A stretch of DNA of 64,000 bases. It comes from Gammaproteobacteria bacterium. GTDB taxonomy: Bacteria > Pseudomonadota > Gammaproteobacteria > Pseudomonadales > Pseudohongiellaceae. Positions 8,041 to 15,404 of this stretch are shown in pieces (position 1 is the first letter of the stretch; every line of letters begins with the position of its first letter). The stretch covers positions 155,828-219,827 of the forward strand of contig JAQWQD010000010.1 of the NCBI GenBank assembly GCA_029244985.1, read 5' to 3'. A program made the position numbers and the translations under genes. The notes under the pieces were generated by a model, which saw only the letters and a program-made list of their open reading frames with translations, was not told where the DNA came from and did not search any database.

Positions 8041-9391
8041 CGTTAACCTGAATCAGATTTATTTCGTCACCATTGCTTTCGAATTGGATACAGTCACCCA
8101 GCTTCAGTAATTGCTCTCCTGTTACTAGATTATCGTTCAAAAATACTTTCTGCACCAAACTATTGAGGTAAACACCCTCCTCGCGCAGCTCAATTCGACC
8201 CAGAGACTCTGGCAAATTTTCTATGTCCATGACTAGCGTATTTATGTCCAGCGACTTTCCATTCAGTACTGGCTTGTTCTTAATTTCAAGCTTATCAATT
8301 GCAATAGCGCGATTAGCATAAAGTACATGAGTCGGGTTATCGCCTCTGTCGCTATTTATGTTTTCATTTTGCTTAGTCGGTTTAATTCTATCTAATTTTG
8401 CTATCGGCAATCTGCTAACGAGATGAATGCCTCCCTTCGCAGTAACGATGTGAGCTTTGTTCTGATGACAAGCTTCGTTAACTAAATGATTTTTAACTAC
8501 AACGAAATTTTCCGTAGTATCGGTAGACGCTAAAAAGCCAGGAAGGTCTGCGATGGCTTGACTGAATAAGATATCAACATTGCTGCTATCAACTAATGAA
8601 TTAATCTGTTCATTGATTTTTTTGTAATATTCATTGAGATTCCTTATCAGGCTTTCTCTCGGAAGTTTAGCAGTATGTATGGCGCTTTCGCTTTTAAGCT
8701 CCAGCAAGAGTGTTTTTTCTTTCTCGTCCTGCAATAACCACGAAGGTAACTCATTATAGAGCTGTTGCTCAGATTCAGCGTTATGTTGAGGGTTAAAACG
8801 ACACTGCTGAATAAACATGTCCGTTGCAATTTGCATCATTAAATTCATAAAGTTCTGACTGCCAACTCCAGGGATCTGAATAACACCATCGGTCCTGAGA
8901 TGCTCATCAACAAGTGTCAGTTTCGAAAGTACTACCTGATGCAATTGGATATCAGCATAGACAATTTGTTCTCTTTCGGAGGATACCAGTGCTGCTGCTA
9001 ACGCAGAATCAACAACACCAATCGGCGTAAAAGGACACTGTTGTGCAAGGCCTAATAGAATGGCTAACTGTGGTCGAGTAAAGTTACCTGGCACTGCAAA
9101 AATAACGTCTGCATCAATCTCGCCGGCATCGGCCAGGTGCATTAATTGAGCATATGCCAGATCAGCATAGTGTCTAACTTTTTTGCTGTGGGAAATGGGC
9201 TCTAGACTCAGATCGCACCAATACTTGCTAAAGCTGTGGGTTGGTCGCAATCGTGCTTGTCGTTCCGCAGATTCCCCCACCTCGAGTTTGTCATCTGCTG
9301 CCAATGCAAATCCGGGGCTCTCTAAGATGACGCCACTCTCATCACCGACCTTAATCTCACGGTCATTTAGCTCTATTACTTTTAATGACAT
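8033..9391 (-). CDS. Cytoplasmic Hsp70/actin-fold protein with degenerate nucleotide-binding motifs and an FHA-like C-terminal domain (tentative)
   Basis: VIFAVPGNFTRPQLAILLGLAQQCPFTPIGVVDSALAAAL aligns with Hsp70 [33 protein letters not shown]. The phosphate-1 DLGTTNS position reads ELNDREI and the DLGGGTFD position reads DIQLHQVV. The C-terminal LGRIEL....LNDNLVTGEQLLKLGDCIQF resembles an FHA core. No signal peptide or TM segment. Confidence 0.6.
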   Translation of the reverse strand: MSLKVIELNDREIKVGDESGVILESPGFALAADDKLEVGESAERQARLRPTHSFSKYWCDLSLEPISHSKKVRHYADLAYAQLMHLADAGEIDADVIFAVPGNFTRPQLAILLGLAQQCPFTPIGVVDSALAAALVSSEREQIVYADIQLHQVVLSKLTLVDEHLRTDGVIQIPGVGSQNFMNLMMQIATDMFIQQCRFNPQHNAESEQQLYNELPSWLLQDEKEKTLLLELKSESAIHTAKLPRESLIRNLNEYYKKINEQINSLVDSSNVDILFSQAIADLPGFLASTDTTENFVVVKNHLVNEACHQNKAHIVTAKGGIHLVSRLPIAKLDRIKPTKQNENINSDRGDNPTHVLYANRAIAIDKLEIKNKPVLNGKSLDINTLVMDIENLPESLGRIELREEGVYLNSLVQKVFLNDNLVTGEQLLKLGDCIQFESNGDEINLIQVNDG

Positions 9392-9409
9392 GTATTACTT
9401 GCAACCATT

Positions 9410-10222
9410 TTAGCTATTCGCCTTTTCTGGAACTTGCATGTGGCGAATCAATCGTTCATCACAATAGTTTTGACAGTCGAGCACCAATCTATCCTGCTGC
9501 AATTGCAATTGATGCAGAAGAAACATTAAGAAAATACTCACAACCAGAGCTACGAATGTGGAATTAAAGGCAACTCCTAAGCTTTGGGTAACTCCCGCAA
9601 TATCCCCCGCGACGGCCTGATAAGCTTGCCCCAAAGCAGTGCCGATGCCTCGAACAGTGCCCAAAAATCCGATTGAAGGAATTGCCCAAGCAATATAGCG
9701 GACAATAGAAAGTTCCGTTTCCATTCGGTCTGCTTCAGTTTCACATGTATCTTTAATGATCGAGGAAACAGCGTGAATGTTTTGTGTGCTTTGAAATCGA
9801 TGTAACCCTGCCAACAAAGCACGCGGTAGCAGAAATTCCTTTTCTTTAGGCCCAAGCGCCTGAACTGGTCTGGCGTAGTTGCGAGAATCCTCTGGCAAGA
9901 TACTCATGCCATCTTGCAGTTTCACCAGCGTCCTTTCGAGTAAAGCTCGTTGTCGCAAGGTGTGTTGAGTCTTCATGCCGATGATAGTAACGGCCCAAAG
10001 AAAGAAAATTATGCAAAACTCTTGTTCATAATCGCGAACAATTATGAATACGGAACGCTCCGGTACTATGTCTGGATTTTGTTCCTGCATTAATTGCTGC
10101 TGTTCTTGGATTAGCTCTGCATTGGGCCTGATCACCGTCACATAAGTGGCATGCACTATGATAATCACGAAAATCAAAGTACCAATTTGGAAGAGCGCTT
10201 CATACAATGAGCCTTGCTTCAT
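9410..10222 (-). CDS. MotA/TolQ/ExbB-family proton channel protein
   Basis: The C-terminal signature VRYIAWAIPSIGFLGTVRGIGTALGQ...IAGVTQSLGVAFNSTFVALVVSIFLMFLLH matches the MotA_ExbB motif (APLLGLLGTV.GMI..F....GIS.AL.TT..GL..AIP). There are also N-terminal TM helices. Confidence 0.8.
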   Translation of the reverse strand: MKQGSLYEALFQIGTLIFVIIIVHATYVTVIRPNAELIQEQQQLMQEQNPDIVPERSVFIIVRDYEQEFCIIFFLWAVTIIGMKTQHTLRQRALLERTLVKLQDGMSILPEDSRNYARPVQALGPKEKEFLLPRALLAGLHRFQSTQNIHAVSSIIKDTCETEADRMETELSIVRYIAWAIPSIGFLGTVRGIGTALGQAYQAVAGDIAGVTQSLGVAFNSTFVALVVSIFLMFLLHQLQLQQDRLVLDCQNYCDERLIRHMQVPEKANS

Positions 10223-10255
10223 AAACTTTTCCTTTTTTATTCGAGCAACCGGTTG

Positions 10256-10564
10256 TTAGATATCAACCGGAAATGAAACACCCAAGTCCTGGGATATTTG
10301 CTCAGTTGGAATGAAACGAGAGTTTGAGTTTTCTACTTCGCTTTCCTCGCCTCCTTCGTCTGCCCCCAGGATCAATTCATCATTGTCAGCGACGCCCAAT
10401 TCTTCGAGGGTTAATTCTGTATCAATAATCTGCTGTTCAGTTTGAGCTTCCTGTTCCGTGTCAGCGGATTGACTGTCCTGAGCCCCCGCACTTAAGGAAA
10501 GCAGTCCAGCAAATAGCAGAATTGTTTTTTTCACGTAATAGCTCTCTTTAGCTGGTGTACTCAT
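10256..10564 (-). CDS. Small secreted, highly acidic protein
   Basis: Signal peptide KKTILLFAGLLSLSAGAQD, then about 70 aa rich in D/E/Q. It sits 3 nt downstream of the preceding stop and 33 nt upstream of the MotA/ExbB gene. Confidence 0.55.
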   Translation of the reverse strand: MSTPAKESYYVKKTILLFAGLLSLSAGAQDSQSADTEQEAQTEQQIIDTELTLEELGVADNDELILGADEGGEESEVENSNSRFIPTEQISQDLGVSFPVDI

Positions 10565-10567
10565 AGG

Positions 10568-12661
10568 TCACTCCAAATAGCGCGCTACTCGGAAACCTAC
10601 ATCATCGCGCGGCTCTTCCCCAAAATCTCGAAAAGACAACCGCATTTCCGTGACTGCACCGTGCGCCCAGCTGGATCCACGAATAGTATGAAACTGTCCC
10701 AACTCTGGCCCAAGAGGATCAACTTCAATGCCTATCGAACCAACTGCACCATAAAAGTCATGCACCCACTCCGATACGTTTCCTGCCATATCAAAAATTG
10801 CGTACTGATTTGGAGTGAATGATCCAACTGGTGCTGAGGCAAAATAATTGTCATTGTAGTTAAACATGATTTCGCCTAAATAGTTTTGGGCTGTAATATC
10901 GGCAAAGTTACCAGCATTTTCTGGAGGCGGAAGCTCATCACCCCAAGAATATTTTAGTTGATTACCACTGCCATCAGTTCGAGCCGTCCATGCCCATTCT
11001 GCTTCAGTAGGCAGCCTATAACCGGTTGTGTTGGAGTTAAATCCAACTACATCTTCTCCTTCTATTTCATAAAAGAGCGGCAGGCTTTCCTGTTCACTAA
11101 GCCAATTACAATAGCGGGCTGCCTGGGACCAACTGATTTGCACAGCTGGTTGTTCTTCATTATTCAAAGTAACACCTGAGACAGTACCGGACGAATGCTC
11201 TGGATCAAACTGACGATACTCCGTATTTCTTACTTCATGGAAACTAATATAAAAAGGACGATCTAGCTCTATATCACGCAAGTTCTCGTTGGGGCGACGC
11301 CCAGCTTCTCGGCGCGAAGCCCCCATGGTAAATGCGCCAGGATAAAAAAGCTTTAGTTGTTGCCCCGTTGCAGTAGTAATCACCGGTTGAATTTGGTCCA
11401 GTCGGGCCTGCTCTAAAGATTTCAGAGTAACCCTAATCGCCTGATCTAAACCTGGCCTAGAGGTAAACTCGCTAGCGTAAGGCACGAAGCCTTCTTTACG
11501 AATTTCGATCTTTTGACTAGCCGCCATTAACGCAACAGTTTGATTGGCCAAGCCTCTAAATTCGCCGTTAACGTAAAGTTCTGCATCTTCGGGATGGGCA
11601 ATCACACTAACATTGGTCAACTCTGGATCTAGATCAATGCTTAGTTCTCTTTCCTGGTTTGGTTCGGTACGAATTGAAGTTCTACTGGATCGATAACCAT
11701 TCTTCAAAAATGTCAGATCATGATTTTGGCCAGGAGGCAAGGCAACCTCCAACGGAGTGAGGCCCTTGTATTCTCCACCGATGGTTACAGCCGCTGCAGA
11801 AGGGTTGCTGCGGATAAATACCAATCCATCCGCCGGCTCCAGTTCAACCTGAGGTACCGTGAAGTCTTCGCCGGCGATGATATCAAAATCTTCCTGCCAG
11901 GCTTTATGGCCTGCTAGCTTGAGAGTAAGGTCCCGACGACCCTGAATGATCTCGGAATTAACCGGGGTAGTCCCAATCACAACACCATCTAGAAAGACAT
12001 CTGCTCCAGGCGGGGACGTTGACAAACTAACCACTGCCCAGGCCGGTTCCAGACTGGACTGATAACGTTGCTCGACTTCTCTTCCTTCGATATCAATGGT
12101 TTCGCCATAATCAAGATATCGGTCCATAGAAATGGTCATCTGATGCTGTCCAGGCTCAATAGAAATGTCGACTAAAGGAGTAACCCCAATATCTACACCA
12201 TCAATTTGTACTCGGGCACCATTTAATTCCATAGTCGCAATTGAAACAATGCCCGGAAGTCTTCGCATTTCAAAGGGAACAGTTTGTGACTGCTCATTAG
12301 TAACTAAGAGTTGAGTATTTGTTTCATGATAGCCTTCGTTGGTGAGTTTTATTTCGTAGGACCCAGTCCTGATAAGGTACCTTTGCCCTAAACGAACTCT
12401 CAACCCGCCACTAATTTCTATTTGCGCAGTTATTGGATTAACTTCCACAAATACAGATCTCGCAGTTAGAACAAACCAGCCGGCAATGCCTGATAACAAA
12501 ACAAATACACCAACGACAAAGTGTACTGGCTTGGGTTTAAATGTGACTCGCGGCCCTTTTTCATCATGAGGCGTAAAGTCAATCGGAATTATAGGGCTGG
12601 CTGGCCCGATATTCTCACTAATTTCGATGTCGTCCACTTTCGCATCACCTATTTGTGGCAA
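10568..12661 (-). CDS. Single-pass membrane protein with about 5 PEGA repeats and a C-terminal FGE-sulfatase (SUMF1/EgtB/PvdO-fold) domain
   Basis: TM helix VHFVVGVFVLLSGIAGWFVLTA. PEGA-like units include PPGADVFLDGVVIGTTPV, PSAAAVTIGGEYKGLTPLEV and PEDAELYVNGEFRGLANQ. FGE-fold motifs are GAFTMGAS, ISWSQAARYCNWLS, YRLPTEAEWAWTAR, GNVSEWVHD and IRGSSW...VGFRVARY. Confidence 0.8.
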   Translation of the reverse strand: MPQIGDAKVDDIEISENIGPASPIIPIDFTPHDEKGPRVTFKPKPVHFVVGVFVLLSGIAGWFVLTARSVFVEVNPITAQIEISGGLRVRLGQRYLIRTGSYEIKLTNEGYHETNTQLLVTNEQSQTVPFEMRRLPGIVSIATMELNGARVQIDGVDIGVTPLVDISIEPGQHQMTISMDRYLDYGETIDIEGREVEQRYQSSLEPAWAVVSLSTSPPGADVFLDGVVIGTTPVNSEIIQGRRDLTLKLAGHKAWQEDFDIIAGEDFTVPQVELEPADGLVFIRSNPSAAAVTIGGEYKGLTPLEVALPPGQNHDLTFLKNGYRSSRTSIRTEPNQERELSIDLDPELTNVSVIAHPEDAELYVNGEFRGLANQTVALMAASQKIEIRKEGFVPYASEFTSRPGLDQAIRVTLKSLEQARLDQIQPVITTATGQQLKLFYPGAFTMGASRREAGRRPNENLRDIELDRPFYISFHEVRNTEYRQFDPEHSSGTVSGVTLNNEEQPAVQISWSQAARYCNWLSEQESLPLFYEIEGEDVVGFNSNTTGYRLPTEAEWAWTARTDGSGNQLKYSWGDELPPPENAGNFADITAQNYLGEIMFNYNDNYFASAPVGSFTPNQYAIFDMAGNVSEWVHDFYGAVGSIGIEVDPLGPELGQFHTIRGSSWAHGAVTEMRLSFRDFGEEPRDDVGFRVARYLE

Positions 12662-14177
12662 CTACACGTTCAACACATTGAACAAGAACTGAATCTGGCG
12701 TTTGGTTAAACCCAACTACAAATTCTTCACGAACTTCTCTATAGCCTATACGTTTTCCTACAGCAACGTATCTGCCCGGCTTTAAAGATACAATGGTTTG
12801 TTCAAACAATCCTAGATTTCCGATTCTCAAAATAGTCACATCTGTCAGGTTGTCAGAAACCATTTGTATATCAAGAGGCACCTGCGAAGTCTCTAATAAT
12901 AGCTGCAACTTCTGGAGTTGATCGGATATTCGAGCACCAGGATTTTCGATTGCTCTCCCTGTGTAGTAAACGTCTAAGGTTTGTTGGAAAACATCTTGCT
13001 CGTAGAATCTATCAGGAGTTTCGATAGCACTAACCAACAGATCATCGAGTTGCGCCCGCTTACTGGCATAATCACGGCCGTTAATCGCAAACACGAGGTT
13101 TGCGTCTATTACCAAAGCATTGTCATACTCAACCACTGCCGTATGCCATTGCTCTTGGCTTTCAGCTTCTGTGATTCTTAATTGGATTACTGAAATTTCT
13201 ACATTCGCTATTTCATTTTCAGTTTGTGTTATTGCTGCACGTGCTTGTTCTTGATTGATTCCCAAACTCGCGGCTCGCTCAAATTCTGCAATGGCTTGAT
13301 CCGGGTTATCGCTTTCCAAAAAAGCATAGCCTGATGACATTATGAAAGAAAACTCCCGCTGCAAAATTAAACCTGCAACTTCAGAAATTCTCTGTTGAGC
13401 ATCCTGATTATAACTATCTAAGCTGACTATTTGTCGATAAATAACTTGCGCCGCTTCTAATTCATCATCCTCTAGCAGGCTATCTGCCTCCGCTAATAGT
13501 CCAGATACTTCGTCTAGCGCGCGCGCCCTTTCTAAGCCAATTTGCGCAACCTCACTGTCGGGGTCTAAGAGAAGCGCTAGTAAAAACTTGTTTTGAGCCA
13601 CAAACGAGTCTCGTGCATCAAGGGCGCTCTGAGCATCTACCAAGTTTTGATTCAGCACCACGGGAACCATAGCTTGTATCTCAACTAAATCGTCTCGCCC
13701 TTGGGTATAAGATTCAGTTGCTAATTGAAAATCTTGAGTTCGGTAATATTCATCTCCAATACTCGCAACTTCCAACGCGGCGATATATTCTTCCTGTGCC
13801 CATTGCTCTACGTCGAGAAGCTCCAGAATTTCTTGCTGGGTTAAGAGTTCTGCCAGGACGTCTTGTGCTTCTTTCCTTTGTCGCGAACGTTGTGCCTCTT
13901 CGAAAGGAGAAATCATTGACACCGTCTCTGCCGGCAATGGCTGCAACTCCGTGACATCAACTCTGAGCTCTAAGGGTAATTCATATTCAGTGACGAGAGC
14001 TGGCAATACGAAAATAACAAGCAGGGCAGCAAGCAGTAAACCTGCCACACTAACCCAAATCCAAATAGGGGGACTTTTAGACTCTAACGCGGCAGAGGAA
14101 TTGACATAAATCTGGTTCTCAGTAAATCCAGATTGCTGCGACTCTTGCTTGTTCTTTTCGACATCTTTCTCTGACAT
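12645..14177 (-). CDS. Single-pass membrane protein with a long helical/TPR-like periplasmic region and a PEGA-like C-terminal module
   Basis: TM helix IWIWVSVAGLLLAALLVIFVLPAL. Acidic helical repeats follow (DQAIAEFERAASLGINQEQA and similar). The C-terminus reads LKPGRYVAVGKRIGYREVREEFVV. The stop overlaps the next gene's start by 17 nt. Confidence 0.55.
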   Translation of the reverse strand: MSEKDVEKNKQESQQSGFTENQIYVNSSAALESKSPPIWIWVSVAGLLLAALLVIFVLPALVTEYELPLELRVDVTELQPLPAETVSMISPFEEAQRSRQRKEAQDVLAELLTQQEILELLDVEQWAQEEYIAALEVASIGDEYYRTQDFQLATESYTQGRDDLVEIQAMVPVVLNQNLVDAQSALDARDSFVAQNKFLLALLLDPDSEVAQIGLERARALDEVSGLLAEADSLLEDDELEAAQVIYRQIVSLDSYNQDAQQRISEVAGLILQREFSFIMSSGYAFLESDNPDQAIAEFERAASLGINQEQARAAITQTENEIANVEISVIQLRITEAESQEQWHTAVVEYDNALVIDANLVFAINGRDYASKRAQLDDLLVSAIETPDRFYEQDVFQQTLDVYYTGRAIENPGARISDQLQKLQLLLETSQVPLDIQMVSDNLTDVTILRIGNLGLFEQTIVSLKPGRYVAVGKRIGYREVREEFVVGFNQTPDSVLVQCVERVVATNR

Positions 14178-14219
14178 ATCTATTTCTGAAGATGGAACAG
14201 ACCAGTTATTGACGTCTGC

Positions 14220-15404
14220 TTACAGTTGTCCTACTTCCGCCGCATAAAGATCTGCCAAGATTTCACGCCATTGCTCATACTGCTCTTCCACTGACCCGGT
14301 GAGAGTAATTGTACGGTCGTCTAAGTTTATAACTTGAGGTGCCACTTCATTTTCAAGAGACTGGCCGAGTTCTTCAAGCGCTTCCATATGAATTCTTGCT
14401 TCGGCTCGTTTATCGAATCCACTTCTAATCAAATAAGCGCCAGCTCCGACTCCAAACGCCCCGCCAGCTTGTGTTGCATAGTTACTGCCTTGAGTTGCGG
14501 CAGCCAAGCCACCAACAACAGCGACAGCACCAGCAATAAATCGACGCTTAGCAGAGGCCTCTAATTCTCGTAGTGTTATTGTTTCGTGATAACTCTGTTC
14601 ACGCCATGAATCATAAGGCAAACGCATCTGCCGAACATATGTTGCGTAATAATCTTGAACCGTATCAATGAACATAAAATCTCGTTCACGAATATCTCGA
14701 ATTCTTTCGAGCACTGGGTCAGAATCCGCAGGCAACGAGTTAATCTGATAAATCCCATTACGACTGGTTGTTAAGTAGGGATCAAATACATCTGGAGAGA
14801 AACGTCGCGCAAACAATATTTCAGAAATTGTTCGAATCTCAACTACCTCTTCGTCAGTAATATTATTTTTTTTCCAGGCCAATAAATCATTGGCTATATT
14901 GTTGTACAAAATCTGAAAAGGGTCGCTCTGCTGACGCTGAGATGGGTCGTAACTGAACTGGCTAATTTCTTGATCATAAACTTTGGTGTACCAATTTTTG
15001 CCCGTTGAATCTGCAACGTGCACTCGCATGCTCATTGATTCGCCATTCGATTCCAGAATAGTGCCCGTAATGTAAACATCCATTGGACTGGAGTGATTAG
15101 GCATTAAGCGGACGATGCCCCAATTTGCAGAGCGCTGCAGCGTCTCTGCTAATAGATAAGGGGCATAACGTGATTCCGCAACTCTGACCTGATGATTGGT
15201 AAGTTCTTCCTGATCACCATCCAACTCATCCAGCCCCGGATCAAACATTGCCACACCAACATCCAACAGCAAGTCCTCGGGCACGCCCTGGCTGTCTCGA
15301 ACAACCGGTGTGTAAGAAGTTGTTTTGACAGTATGCGTTGCACAGGCGCTTAAAAAAACAGCGGCCGCTAACAAGCCAATTGCATTTTTAGCAAGGAATC
15401 TCAT
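14220..15404 (-). CDS. Hypothetical lipoprotein with a glycine-zipper segment near the C-terminus
   Basis: Lipobox AAAVFLSAC. Gly/Ala zipper FIAGAVAVVGGLAAATQGSNYATQAGGAFGVGAGAYLI. ATGA start/stop overlap with the upstream gene at 15401-15404. Confidence 0.6.
   Translation of the reverse strand: MRFLAKNAIGLLAAAVFLSACATHTVKTTSYTPVVRDSQGVPEDLLLDVGVAMFDPGLDELDGDQEELTNHQVRVAESRYAPYLLAETLQRSANWGIVRLMPNHSSPMDVYITGTILESNGESMSMRVHVADSTGKNWYTKVYDQEISQFSYDPSQRQQSDPFQILYNNIANDLLAWKKNNITDEEVVEIRTISEILFARRFSPDVFDPYLTTSRNGIYQINSLPADSDPVLERIRDIRERDFMFIDTVQDYYATYVRQMRLPYDSWREQSYHETITLRELEASAKRRFIAGAVAVVGGLAAATQGSNYATQAGGAFGVGAGAYLIRSGFDKRAEARIHMEALEELGQSLENEVAPQVINLDDRTITLTGSVEEQYEQWREILADLYAAEVGQL

Noticed and set aside
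5846-10222. Interpretation as a Zorya-type anti-phage system (ZorA/ZorB = MotA/MotB-like)
   Set aside because: There is no long ZorA-type C-terminal tail and no peptidoglycan-binding OmpA-like domain on the stator candidates. There are no ZorC/ZorD (helicase/nuclease) or ZorE genes. The composition is native and the neighbours are envelope genes. A defence role is not formally excluded, but nothing supports it.
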